This document shows, one piece after another, positions 1 to 9,940 of a DNA stretch of 60,533 bases; within the stretch, counting starts at the first letter, position 1; each line of letters starts with the position of its first letter. The notes beneath the pieces were generated by a model. It saw only the letters and a program-made list of their open reading frames with translations. It was not told where the DNA came from and searched no databases. Origin of the DNA: an uncultured virus (IMG/VR IMGVR_UViG_3300023081_000006). Lineage: Duplodnaviria > Heunggongvirae > Uroviricota > Caudoviricetes. The DNA is taken from IMG/VR virus record IMGVR_UViG_3300023081_000006; one strand, 5' to 3'. The position numbers were made by a program, and so were the translations under genes.

Positions 1-120
1 AGTTATTCTTGCCTCGGGCCAAAAGTCTAAAATAGATTCAGCTAGTTTTACTGCCGCTTTATAGTATCCTACTCTGTTTGTTGCAACTAAAACAAACCCT
101 TCGCCTTTACGCTTTGCCAT
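1..120 (-). CDS. Partial CDS (N-terminus only), possible GT-A glycosyltransferase
   Basis: Manual translation from ATG at 120: MAKRKGEGFVLVATNRVGYYKAAVKLAESILDFWPEARIT, running off the window edge; resembles the first beta-alpha of GT8-like folds; overlaps the stop of the upstream ORF. Confidence 0.45.
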   Translation of the reverse strand, partial: MAKRKGEGFVLVATNRVGYYKAAVKLAESILDFWPEARIT

Positions 121-757
121 TGTCCAATGCCTTCTGCATAATAATAGATGATATAATTAAAACCTCAGTAACGCTTTCTGCACTATGTAATCTTTGCTTT
201 AGTTTATCTCTAGATGCTTTTATTTCTGGAATTTCTAAGGCATCCATTTTTGCTTGTACAATGGGATCCTGCTTTCTTTCTTTATCTAATAACAAAGTTG
301 TGAAAGCGGAAACTTCCATTGGGGACTTAGCTCTTCGGATAAGTTTTTTGTACTCTGTGTCTTTAGAGTTTTTAATTTCTGCAATCTCAAAGGCTTCAAG
401 TTTAGCTCCAAATAATCCCTCTTGCTTTGCTCTTGCCGCTTCTGCTTCACGCCTTTCCATTGAGCGACGAACATTTTCGTTTCTTCTCTTTAAACCTTCA
501 TCTGTATTTTTATCTATCTGCTCAATAGTAAACTCTTCCATAATCCTTTGATAATCTGGATTACTGCCATCCTTATCCATTATAGATGCAAGATGACGTC
601 TTCCATCAGGATGAACTATTGTAACAATAATGTGCTTGGCATCCTTATTGGACCAATAAGGATATTCGAATTTGAGAGGATCTTTATTTGCTTTTTTAGG
701 ATCGACTAAATCTACTTTGACATCTTTGATATCAAATTTCTTTTTTCGTCTTGCCAT
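107..757 (-). CDS. Hypothetical protein with duplicated C-terminal motif
   Basis: 216-aa ORF with GGAG RBS; AKLEAFEIAEIKNSKD and AKMDALEIPEIKASRD internal repeats. Confidence 0.8.
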   Translation of the reverse strand: MARRKKKFDIKDVKVDLVDPKKANKDPLKFEYPYWSNKDAKHIIVTIVHPDGRRHLASIMDKDGSNPDYQRIMEEFTIEQIDKNTDEGLKRRNENVRRSMERREAEAARAKQEGLFGAKLEAFEIAEIKNSKDTEYKKLIRRAKSPMEVSAFTTLLLDKERKQDPIVQAKMDALEIPEIKASRDKLKQRLHSAESVTEVLIISSIIMQKALDNGKA

Positions 758-789
758 TTATTCACTCCATTATGTAGAATATAATTTAC

Positions 790-818
790 ATTATATGATA
801 TATATAATGTTTTGTCAA
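790..818 (-). promoter_or_regulatory. Sigma70-type promoter TTGACA-N17-TATAAT
   Basis: Perfect consensus on the minus strand: -35 at 813-818, -10 at 790-795. Confidence 0.85.
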
Positions 819-825
819 GTATTTT

Positions 826-2172
826 TTATGCTGTCCTTATCCAAAGCTTAATGCTAGATACTGTTTCAGTAGTTGCCTGAATCGTGTCACCTGCATAAGT
901 TCCACTATAGTAACCTGTATAAGTCCCAGTATAACTTCCTGAATAAGCAGATGTTCCAACGTAGTGGCCTGTATATGTTCCACTATAGTATCCTGTATAA
1001 GTTCCAGAATAAGTAGAAGTTCCTACGTAGTTGCCTGTGAAATATCCAGTGTAAGTGCCGGTGTAATAACCTGTATAAGTTTTAGGTCCTGTGTAATAAC
1101 CTGTATATGTTCCACTATAGTATCCTGTATATGTAGCATGTGCATATCCAGAGTAATAAAGAACATAGTTGCCTTGATAAGAACCAGAGTAAGATCCAGA
1201 ATACCCAGAAGTACCAACATAGTTACCTTGATAAGAACCGGAATAGTTGCCTGAGTAGTTTCCAGAATATGTTTTGGAACCAACATAACCACCAACATAG
1301 TTACCTGCATAAGAACCGGAATAGTTTCCGGAATATGTTTTCGCACCTACGTAAGCACCTACATAAGAACCAGAATAATTACCTGTGTATGCTCCTACGT
1401 AGTTTTCAGATGCAACCTCTTGTCTTGTATCATCAAACTGTGATCCCATCTGTACCCAAGTTCCACCAGACGTCGGCGCCGTTGCTTGAACTTTATATGT
1501 GCCTACGCCGGTATCAATAATTCTATTTCTAAAGTTAGGAACCATCTGCTCAATTTCTGCTGCTGTCATCTGTGTAATAGATGATCCATCTGTTTTAACA
1601 GAAGCTAAATCAGAGTTTGCAGATGATGTGGGTGCTGTTTTTTGCCAAAGATATGTGTTATTATTTCCGCCTTGTGCGGTATCTGTGATCGTATATCTAG
1701 AAGTCCAAGTACCACCTGTAGGGGCAGATGGTTGCAACACATACTGTCCAACAGTATAATCAGATTCAGAAACCATATCAGACAATGCTTTATCTAAAAT
1801 ATCTGTATCAATGGCAGAATCAGACATTTGTTTTACACCTGAATCATAACCCGCAGGTCTTGCAGTAATACTTTCTGAGGCCGCAGATGTAACCTGTTTA
1901 AAGGTATATGTGTTACTACTTGTAGCTCCTGCTGTAGGATGTGAGCCTATCGAATCTTGTCTAATAGTATTTGTAAAAGTACCTATAGATGTACCAGAAG
2001 CACCATCAACATTTAATTCTCCTGTTCCTGTGCCATCTGTATCTGTAGCAAATTTGTTTGTTAAAACGTAAGAAAGATACTGTTGTATCTCTCCATCTGT
2101 CATTTCCTGCAATCCTGTAAAATTGCTTGATGTGATCGGTGTTCCCGATGCTTTAATTCTTAACGGCCTCAT
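826..2172 (-). CDS. Putative virion/tail-fibre-like protein with Y-x-G-x repeats
   Basis: 448 aa, Thr/Ser/Gly-rich, three QM/EM-type internal repeats plus about 170 aa of YxGx repeats; last gene of the structural run. Confidence 0.65.
   Translation of the reverse strand: MRPLRIKASGTPITSSNFTGLQEMTDGEIQQYLSYVLTNKFATDTDGTGTGELNVDGASGTSIGTFTNTIRQDSIGSHPTAGATSSNTYTFKQVTSAASESITARPAGYDSGVKQMSDSAIDTDILDKALSDMVSESDYTVGQYVLQPSAPTGGTWTSRYTITDTAQGGNNNTYLWQKTAPTSSANSDLASVKTDGSSITQMTAAEIEQMVPNFRNRIIDTGVGTYKVQATAPTSGGTWVQMGSQFDDTRQEVASENYVGAYTGNYSGSYVGAYVGAKTYSGNYSGSYAGNYVGGYVGSKTYSGNYSGNYSGSYQGNYVGTSGYSGSYSGSYQGNYVLYYSGYAHATYTGYYSGTYTGYYTGPKTYTGYYTGTYTGYFTGNYVGTSTYSGTYTGYYSGTYTGHYVGTSAYSGSYTGTYTGYYSGTYAGDTIQATTETVSSIKLWIRTA
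889..1401 (-). repeat. Coding tetrapeptide repeat Y-[STVAQ]-G-x with 22-aa super-period
   Basis: Translation YSGNYSGSYAGNYVG.../YTGYYSGTYTGYYTG... Confidence 0.9.
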
Positions 2173-2182
2173 TCATTTTCCC

Positions 2183-2686
2183 CTAGTTTATTCTCGAACC
2201 TGAACTATCATAAACAATAATATCATCAATGGTTACCCATTCTGTACCAGATATGGCTACACATTGTAGCTTTGCTCCGGGTGATAAATCTTTTGCTACT
2301 CCAACGCCAGCGCTGTTTATTTCATCTGCGCTCTGAGGATAAACCTTAATATTGACGCTTGCTGAGGTATTATTAATTACAGTAACAACCTTACCTGTAA
2401 CGGCATCCGGGAGTATAACTCCCTGATTAGCAGTACCACCGGTAACTACATTAAAGCTGTCTGATAATGTAGTCGCATCATTTATATTTGACCCTGCTGC
2501 TGTAACTGCAGAAGCACTGAATGTTGTTTCGCCTGAAACGCTTAAATCGCCGGTAGCTACGACATTTCCGACATTGACATTGTCTCCGGATTCATATTTG
2601 TCGTTGTTAAGGTTGGTAAAGTTAGAATCTACCTCATTGTTCGTTAAAGGGCTACCCTTAACCGATCTTAATGTAATTGTTGCCAT
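2183..2686 (-). CDS. Putative virion structural protein
   Basis: N-terminal ITLRSVKGSPLTNNEVDSNFTNLN motif typical of T4-like fibre/baseplate-attachment proteins. Confidence 0.65.
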   Translation of the reverse strand: MATITLRSVKGSPLTNNEVDSNFTNLNNDKYESGDNVNVGNVVATGDLSVSGETTFSASAVTAAGSNINDATTLSDSFNVVTGGTANQGVILPDAVTGKVVTVINNTSASVNIKVYPQSADEINSAGVGVAKDLSPGAKLQCVAISGTEWVTIDDIIVYDSSGSRIN

Positions 2687-2697
2687 CTCTTTACCTT

Positions 2698-2937
2698 TTA
2701 GTTAATTTTAGAAATTATTCTTGATAACAAAGCTTTTATCTCTGCTATATCATCCTTTAAGTTATTTATATCACCTACACAGCGTTCCAAAGTTTGCATA
2801 TTCTGTTCAGCTATTCTTTTCTTTTCCTTATATGCCATCAATTTAGTTGTATTTGTAGACAATAAGGCTTTTGAATTAACGTCCCGAATATAATCTGCGT
2901 GCTCTGTTCTTAAGTGTGTAGTATTTATATTTGTCAT
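2698..2937 (-). CDS. Small coiled-coil hypothetical protein (start reassigned to ATG 2937)
   Basis: MTNINTTHLRTEHADYIRDVNSKALLSTN...DINNLKDDIAEIKALL; starts 4 nt after the stop of the large structural gene. Confidence 0.7.
   Translation of the reverse strand: MTNINTTHLRTEHADYIRDVNSKALLSTNTTKLMAYKEKKRIAEQNMQTLERCVGDINNLKDDIAEIKALLSRIISKIN
2922..2929 (-). promoter_or_regulatory. T4-type late promoter TATAAATA
   Basis: Exact motif upstream of the 2686 and 2172 structural ORFs. Confidence 0.55.
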
Positions 2938-2941
2938 AATT

Positions 2942-5900
2942 TTAAGCCTGTAATGCAATAGCTCTAAGTTCTTTAATAGTAGGAACTTTTGCTGGTTGTG
3001 AGGATATTGGCACAATCTTCACTGCAAACTCTTTATAAGAGGTGTAAGTAATAGTTGTTTGACTTGCCGTTGCTGTAGCATCTACCGAAGCACCTCCTCC
3101 AGAAATTGTTACTGTTACGGTACCGCCTGTATATCCTCTTCCAGGATTTACAATGTCTATGCCTGTTACTAAGCCAGTTGCCGTATTAACATTAGCAACC
3201 GCTGTTGCTCCATAGCCATTCCCTGAGTGTTCTATTGTTACAGAAGGTTGTGAAGTGTACCCAACACCTGGTGTTGAAAGTGTTATACTATCAATAACAT
3301 CTACATCATACTCAAACTTTAAGCTAGTTGGATTTAATCCGTAAGAATCACCCGGTGCTTTTTCAGGTATTGAATAAACATAATCCTGTTGAGCTCCTGT
3401 AACGTTACTATTCTCTCTAGCTAAATCGCCTTGGAGTTGTAAAGGTATCCAGTATGCATCTTCAAATAATTCACCACTATCCTGTCCGTTTAAGAACTTG
3501 CCATATACTTTTACATCTGTACCTGCTGGTAGAGAGTTGGATAGATACACATTTAGATCTTCTGCATCTTGTCCTTCATCCAATATAACCTTCCTAGTTA
3601 TATATCTTGAACGAGCATCTCCACCGCTTCTTTGATCTTCATTGGTATAAACATCATCAATATCATTTTTAAATATTAATTGATTTAACTGTAAGGTATC
3701 AACTAATGGAGATACATTAGGATTGTTTGTGCTTAAAACTAATTTTACAGCAACATCTCTAGCATCTGCATTGTCTCCTTCAGAAGTGTAAATATTAGAA
3801 ATAGATCTAACCATTCTTCTTTCTAAAAGTTCCTCTGTTCTTCCCAGCTCAAACGCTGTCCAATTGGAATCCTGTGTTCCTGCAGTATCTCTTAATTTGT
3901 AATATGCTTGTACAGATGTGCCAGGTGGCTCTACTATAGATTTGGAAAGAGCTAATGCATCAATATATCTACTGTCAATGCTTTCTATTTCATCATTGGT
4001 GATATCAGATGTTCCAAACCAAGGTCCGATCATAATCTTATCTCCTGGTTCAAATGCTACGTCATTAGCCGCTCCACCGATATAACCTGTAAAGGAATTA
4101 ATAGACCAAGTTTCCACCTCAAGATATTCTCTTAATGGATGAACTTGTATAATATCTCCATTAACCACGAATATATCTACGGTTGCATCTTGAGTAGCAC
4201 CACCACCAGTAACGGTTGCTGTTAAATTGTCCCACCAAGCCACCGTTTCTGTTCCAGCGCTAATAACATTGACACCTGTCATCTCTCCTGTAACAGTATC
4301 AACTACCGCCTCAAGAGTAACTCCTTTATTTGTACCATCAAAGACAGACTCTACAGTTATAGTAGGCGTGCTAGTATAACCGGCACCTGGACTTGTTACA
4401 GATGCCTTAACAGTATGTATCATATGGCGTGGTTGGATAGAATTATACTTGCTAGGGTCACTAAGTTTTATATAATCTCTTGTCGCATTTCTTATGTGCA
4501 GTTCTCTACCTGAACCAACTTCAAATGAACACTTGTTAATTGCAAACATCATATCTAAAGACTGTTGAGGAGTCCAAGAAACATTATTGGCAGATGTAAA
4601 CATAATACCATTATGAGGTTGTTTAGCAATTCTTGTCTCTGTTCCTACTTGGAATTCTCCTAATTCTGAAATCCATATTTCCCAACCTGGGTTGTTGTTA
4701 GCGGGGATTGGAACAAAACAGTATTCTGTCTCGTTCAAAAGATAAACGGGCTTATTAAATCTAAACATCGACGGTACAAACTGTACTGCACCCCCCTCAG
4801 ATTCTTCAGACGGTGTAATCTCCCAGTTGCTCATAGTGCAACTTCCCAATACCTTCTCGCCAGGAACACCATTGACAACTTCTCTTATTTGTAAAGTTAC
4901 TTCTGCCCATTCATATGCTGGATCTGGGACAGTTCTAAAATATAGTTGAACGTCCCGTAAGAATACGCCCCCAGATTCTCCGCTTACTCTAAATGTTTGT
5001 GCTAGAGGATCTTGATATCCCCAGCCCCAACCGCGTTCTCCACCACCAATCCATAGGTCGTCCCATATTCTAATCGATAGATCTGGAATAACAAAAGACC
5101 AAGGTGTTTGAGCAGGCGCCGGAGGAATAACTGGCGGCTCTGGTGTGGCAGCTGGAGGTTCTGGTGTTGCTACCGGAGGCTCTGGTGTTGCTGGAGGAGG
5201 ATCTGCAGGCCCTGCAGGTGGGGGAACAGGCTGTTGGGTTGTCTTATTGTGTGCAACCATTCCGTTCGCCACGTAATTGTGCGAGCCATCTGTTTCAAAG
5301 TTATATACTTTTACTGTCTGCAGTCCCATCCATTGAATACTTGTAACTTCTTTTTCTGAAACTGTGCCATCAAGTTCAATAGAAATAATTCTATCACCAA
5401 CTTCTAACTTACTAACTTCTAAATTGTATTGTTCGTATACACCTATTTCTTTTGTTATGTCTGGATTAATAGATTTCCATCCATCTGTTGTCATAAATGG
5501 GTGACCGGGTGTTACACCACCAACGCCGTTAATTTGAAATATATCCTGCGGCGCTTCTGTGATATGGTGAACCTTAACTACAGTATTTACTGTATAGTGC
5601 TTACCTGCTAACCCACTTATACCTGCGACTTTATCCCCCGCTTCAATCTCTTCAATAGGTTTGACGCCATTCTCTGCCATTAAAATTTCTGTTCCCGCAA
5701 TAAAACATAGTGTGTGCGTTCTTGGAGGAGGATCAATTCTAGTCCAATCCAAATCTGGATCAAAGGTTGCTGGTTCAAAAATAACAGTTGTTACCGGCCA
5801 AGGTACATAATTCGGAATAGGAATAGGATTAGGAATAATCTCAGGAGGAGGTAAAGGAACACCGCCACCCGCCACATATTCATATACTTTATCTGTTACT

Positions 5901-8900
5901 ACTCTATCATCTGTAACCGTATTTTTTGTAACATTTACAGTTCTTGTAGAAACGATTGTATTTTGTTTTGTCTGGGACATTCCAGAGCTTTGGAATGTTG
6001 CCTCACAAGACGTTGTCGTAAACCTATCTCTATTTAAACTATCGTCAGTAAACATCATAACCCTGACGCCTGTTTGGAAAACTCCTGCAGGTACCCTAAA
6101 GTATCCGTATAAAGAACCTACAGAATCCGTAACTAAAGAGCCACCTGGATTAGGATAAACCCAAGTTCTATCCGTACCCGGCAATGCCATTGTTGCGGGA
6201 TCTTCTGCAGCAAATGTAGCATATTGTCCTGTATCTACAGACTGGCCTGATAACCTAATCGGTGTTTGCGGTTTAGGAACTCCTCCTTCTTTTAATCTTG
6301 CAGTGGCTCCACAATATTGTGAAACATTAACACCATCAAAGAAAGGATAAACTCTTGTGTTTGGTTTCATATTTTTCAAGTGGAAGTGAATTACTCTAGG
6401 CCTCATATAGCCCAAGATTGATGTATCTACTACCATGTTTCCTAGAGAATAAGATTCTAAACCTCCTTCAGAAACATCTATTGTTGTTCCACTTCTTGTT
6501 TGATTTTGGCTAGTAGTGTATGTAATAAATGAATCGGAACCGCCCGTTGCATTGTCAACCTGTCTTGTAATAGTTTCTCGGTCGGTCTCAACCTTTGTCA
6601 TTGCTCCAACGTCCTCCCAGTCACCCCATTGAGTACCGAAAGCGTCTTCCATCTTTTTCCAAGCATCATAATTTCCACTAAACTCTACGGAAACTTCTGG
6701 TGCAGTATCTGTGTCTACCCAGTTATCTACTGAAGGAGACAAAGTACAGGTTCCTCTGTAATTAAACAGTAATTCAGAAACTAGGTTCTTAGGTTGGCTG
6801 GCAAACATATTAGCTGTCAATCTTGTTCCTTCATATGGAATTGTTGCCCAAAGTCCAGAATCTCCTGACTCCCAAGCCCAGGCTGTTTGTGCTGTGGTAT
6901 TTGTCCAATCCATGTCTGCGTCTAAAGATTCACTATAAAAATACGGACGCAAATGCTTCTTCTTAAAATCCATTGAGCAATGATAATCTGGATCTTCTAC
7001 GGCTCCTACAGAGTGTCCTGTGAAATTATCTACAAGTATGCCGTTTTTAAATCTATTTAATCCACTGTTAGCGTTTGTAATTTGTAAAGATTCTGCTGCC
7101 TTTTCTAGCAAAGTTAATGTAGTGTAATATTCTAGATTTTTAATTCTTTTCTCTAAAACACCAATATCTCTCATTGTAAAACGTCTATTGTCTGACTGTT
7201 TTACAACAATATCGTAATCGTATCTGTTTAATCTCTTAGCTGCCTTTGCCGACAAACATGGATATTGCGGCAAGTTAAAGGAAGCCAACTTCATGCTTGC
7301 TTCTGGGGTTTGTGGGAACTTGGGACTAGCAGAGTAAGCTGACTCAATTACTCTAAACTCGCCATGTTCATCTAAAACAATAATTGCGTTTCTGCCTAGA
7401 TAGTATTCTAAATCTGTTGTAAACTGTTCTGTTGGAATAGGATTAGTTAACCCTGTATTGGGTCTAAAAATTATTTCTACTTCCGAAGGATTTAAAGGCG
7501 CGCCCGCAAGTGTTGATGTTGGCGTAACAGTGCTTTGCATCATAGGCCTAAAATCAATACAGTCCCTAAGATCCATATTTCCAAAATACTTGGACTTATA
7601 CAGTGGTATTTCTTCAGTTTTAATTCCAGTAGCTCCTGTATCATCTACGGGATAAGAATTAATACAGAAGAAAGATGCTGTACTATAAGAATGTGAGAAG
7701 TAATCAAATGTTACTTGTAAATAAGGATATGTTGAAAGATTTACAGACGCTGTTTTCTTTTTAACTAACTTTGCATGTCCATAAAAACTGTCCTTTTGTC
7801 CGTTGTCCATTGTAAATTGATTTGTAACATCTATAGGACTGCTAAAGTTTGAGTTGGCAGATGCATATACAGATTTAATTTGAAAACCATCTGCAACCCC
7901 TAGACTCCAAGGTCCACCGATTCCTTTAGGGTGGGCTGCAACGTTAAATGTTACAATTTTATCTGACTGTAAAGACTTAGATGCAGGAGTTCCATCAATA
8001 TGTTGTAGATTTGCATATACTCGAACTTGGTTTGCTGATCCCGTTAAAACACCTAAATTAATTGTGATGTGCTTAGAGCTATTTAAAGTAAATGTTGCTC
8101 CAGATAAATCAATATGCTCACCTGCAGCATAAGTAATACCACCGAGGATTACCTGTTCTCTAGCAACTGCTAAGAAATTGTCTTCAATCACAGTTTGTGT
8201 GAAACTTGAATATGGGAATGTGTCGTTTGGCAAATTATATTGTGTGCTACTAGAGCTAATATCTAGTTCTACGTTACCAGAACTATCTGCAGTTACATCA
8301 AACTCTCTACTGTAGATAAAGGAGTAATCGTAACCACCGTTGTCTGTTGCCATGTTTTTAACAGCATTGTATGGAAGTTTCCATAACATTTTATTGAAAG
8401 AATTTTCTTTTAATACGGCGCTGTCAGGAGTACCATCTCCTGTTGTATCTTCTAAAATAAGATCTGCATAACCATCGGTTTGTGCGTGATCAAAATGCAA
8501 GCCTCTTACGGATGTAAAAGGGCCGTTGAGCATTTGAATATCATACAAATATATTCTATATTTTGCTGATGCTAAACCAGGTGTTCCTTCTTCTAAAGCT
8601 ATATGTCTTACTCTTGCTTTACCTACTACGCTTCCTGTGCTTGTTCCTGATGTAATAAACCCAGGTGCGGTGTCTAATAAATCTACTCTACCGCCACCAT
8701 CGACATCAAACAATCCATAAACTTCATTTGCCAAAACATAATTGCCATATGCTGTTCCAATAGAAGCACCTTCAACATATTTGTATTCTGTTGATTTATT
8801 AATCTCTATTCTTTTTGTTTGCTCTAGTCTTCTAGGATACCCAGCAACAACAGCTTCACCCGCATCAATATTTACTAGGAGTTTTGTTGCATCTCCTCCT

Positions 8901-9931
8901 TCTGCAGATGTAAAGAATCCAGAATTTTCTCCGTCATTCAAGTGTTCTTGTACTGTAACTTTTAATCCTCTTACAACATAATCACCAGATTCGTTGTATG
9001 TTCTTTTTGCTAACTCTTTACCTAAAGCGTTAAAAGGATCAGTTTTTGTTTGTACTACAGTAGGCGAACCAAATTGGTATTGCCCATACTGTACAAAGTT
9101 TTCAGGCTGTATGATGCCTGTGTCTGCACCCCTAACGTTAGTGGTGAAAGATGTTAAGCCTATAGTATATCTAAGTCTGTCTGCACCCGGTGCGTTTTCG
9201 TTATAAGATCCAGCTGCCGGATCTAACAGCGAGCTGTCTTCACCTGAGTTTATAATTTCTTCATATAAAGTAAATCCAACATTAATTAATTTATCTTCGT
9301 GAGAATATCTGTGAAGATAAGTTGATATTTGGTTGGACTGTACAAAGGCACCGTTTATATAAATTAACCCGGGAGAAAGTGTTATTTTTCTTGATTTTCC
9401 GTAATAACTGTTTTCACTTACACCCGTTGAACTTCCAACCACCACTGTTGAATTATTTAAACTAGAGGTATTAGAATAAATGTCTAATACTTCTCCTGGT
9501 TGAAATACTTGATAAGTTCCTGTAGTGTCGCCTGATGTGTATCGAATATAAAACGTTTTTGTGTCAGGTGCTTCCGCCTGTGTGCCTGTTGCAACTTCTA
9601 GGACTTTGGCTTGTATACCTGTTGTTCTTCCTACAACAATAGCATTGACATATCCAGCAAGAGTTTCATCTGCTAAATCTATACCATTAATATCTGTATC
9701 ATTAATTTTAATCCAATCAATATCCGCTAAATCTTCTTTACAACCAGAGACAATGGTACCTTCTCTTAAAACATAGGTTCCTAATTGAGAAACTTGGTTG
9801 CTCAATATACTTTGTAGCTGTGTTAGCTCTCTTGCCTGTACAGCAACACCTGGCTTAAAAAGAATCCTCTGAAACTTTTTACCTTCAGAGAAATCGTCGA
9901 AATATGGTGCTGAATTTAAATTAATTGCCAT
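2942..9931 (-). CDS. Large virion structural protein (DUF4815/VrlC-like) containing a Hint domain
   Basis: 2329 aa; N-terminal NLNSAPYFDDF...RILFKPGVAVQARELTQLQSIL, APGADR, RFTMRDIGVLEKRIKNLEYYT and DPLAQTF motifs typical of this marine T4-like family. Confidence 0.85.
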   Translation of the reverse strand: MAINLNSAPYFDDFSEGKKFQRILFKPGVAVQARELTQLQSILSNQVSQLGTYVLREGTIVSGCKEDLADIDWIKINDTDINGIDLADETLAGYVNAIVVGRTTGIQAKVLEVATGTQAEAPDTKTFYIRYTSGDTTGTYQVFQPGEVLDIYSNTSSLNNSTVVVGSSTGVSENSYYGKSRKITLSPGLIYINGAFVQSNQISTYLHRYSHEDKLINVGFTLYEEIINSGEDSSLLDPAAGSYNENAPGADRLRYTIGLTSFTTNVRGADTGIIQPENFVQYGQYQFGSPTVVQTKTDPFNALGKELAKRTYNESGDYVVRGLKVTVQEHLNDGENSGFFTSAEGGDATKLLVNIDAGEAVVAGYPRRLEQTKRIEINKSTEYKYVEGASIGTAYGNYVLANEVYGLFDVDGGGRVDLLDTAPGFITSGTSTGSVVGKARVRHIALEEGTPGLASAKYRIYLYDIQMLNGPFTSVRGLHFDHAQTDGYADLILEDTTGDGTPDSAVLKENSFNKMLWKLPYNAVKNMATDNGGYDYSFIYSREFDVTADSSGNVELDISSSSTQYNLPNDTFPYSSFTQTVIEDNFLAVAREQVILGGITYAAGEHIDLSGATFTLNSSKHITINLGVLTGSANQVRVYANLQHIDGTPASKSLQSDKIVTFNVAAHPKGIGGPWSLGVADGFQIKSVYASANSNFSSPIDVTNQFTMDNGQKDSFYGHAKLVKKKTASVNLSTYPYLQVTFDYFSHSYSTASFFCINSYPVDDTGATGIKTEEIPLYKSKYFGNMDLRDCIDFRPMMQSTVTPTSTLAGAPLNPSEVEIIFRPNTGLTNPIPTEQFTTDLEYYLGRNAIIVLDEHGEFRVIESAYSASPKFPQTPEASMKLASFNLPQYPCLSAKAAKRLNRYDYDIVVKQSDNRRFTMRDIGVLEKRIKNLEYYTTLTLLEKAAESLQITNANSGLNRFKNGILVDNFTGHSVGAVEDPDYHCSMDFKKKHLRPYFYSESLDADMDWTNTTAQTAWAWESGDSGLWATIPYEGTRLTANMFASQPKNLVSELLFNYRGTCTLSPSVDNWVDTDTAPEVSVEFSGNYDAWKKMEDAFGTQWGDWEDVGAMTKVETDRETITRQVDNATGGSDSFITYTTSQNQTRSGTTIDVSEGGLESYSLGNMVVDTSILGYMRPRVIHFHLKNMKPNTRVYPFFDGVNVSQYCGATARLKEGGVPKPQTPIRLSGQSVDTGQYATFAAEDPATMALPGTDRTWVYPNPGGSLVTDSVGSLYGYFRVPAGVFQTGVRVMMFTDDSLNRDRFTTTSCEATFQSSGMSQTKQNTIVSTRTVNVTKNTVTDDRVVTDKVYEYVAGGGVPLPPPEIIPNPIPIPNYVPWPVTTVIFEPATFDPDLDWTRIDPPPRTHTLCFIAGTEILMAENGVKPIEEIEAGDKVAGISGLAGKHYTVNTVVKVHHITEAPQDIFQINGVGGVTPGHPFMTTDGWKSINPDITKEIGVYEQYNLEVSKLEVGDRIISIELDGTVSEKEVTSIQWMGLQTVKVYNFETDGSHNYVANGMVAHNKTTQQPVPPPAGPADPPPATPEPPVATPEPPAATPEPPVIPPAPAQTPWSFVIPDLSIRIWDDLWIGGGERGWGWGYQDPLAQTFRVSGESGGVFLRDVQLYFRTVPDPAYEWAEVTLQIREVVNGVPGEKVLGSCTMSNWEITPSEESEGGAVQFVPSMFRFNKPVYLLNETEYCFVPIPANNNPGWEIWISELGEFQVGTETRIAKQPHNGIMFTSANNVSWTPQQSLDMMFAINKCSFEVGSGRELHIRNATRDYIKLSDPSKYNSIQPRHMIHTVKASVTSPGAGYTSTPTITVESVFDGTNKGVTLEAVVDTVTGEMTGVNVISAGTETVAWWDNLTATVTGGGATQDATVDIFVVNGDIIQVHPLREYLEVETWSINSFTGYIGGAANDVAFEPGDKIMIGPWFGTSDITNDEIESIDSRYIDALALSKSIVEPPGTSVQAYYKLRDTAGTQDSNWTAFELGRTEELLERRMVRSISNIYTSEGDNADARDVAVKLVLSTNNPNVSPLVDTLQLNQLIFKNDIDDVYTNEDQRSGGDARSRYITRKVILDEGQDAEDLNVYLSNSLPAGTDVKVYGKFLNGQDSGELFEDAYWIPLQLQGDLARENSNVTGAQQDYVYSIPEKAPGDSYGLNPTSLKFEYDVDVIDSITLSTPGVGYTSQPSVTIEHSGNGYGATAVANVNTATGLVTGIDIVNPGRGYTGGTVTVTISGGGASVDATATASQTTITYTSYKEFAVKIVPISSQPAKVPTIKELRAIALQA
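5246..5707 (-). other. Hint (intein-like/BIL) domain, 154 aa, no endonuclease
   Basis: Block A CFIAGTEILM, block B VTPGHPF, blocks F/G KVYNFETDGSHNYVANGMVAHN; +1 residue is Lys. Confidence 0.9.
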
Positions 9932-9940
9932 TTATCGTTC

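Noticed and set aside
964..1520. Overlapping ORFs across the YxG repeats
   Set aside because: Shadow frames of a low-complexity coding repeat, without RBS
5246..5707. Canonical mobile intein
   Set aside because: No homing endonuclease and Lys at +1; kept only as a Hint/BIL domain
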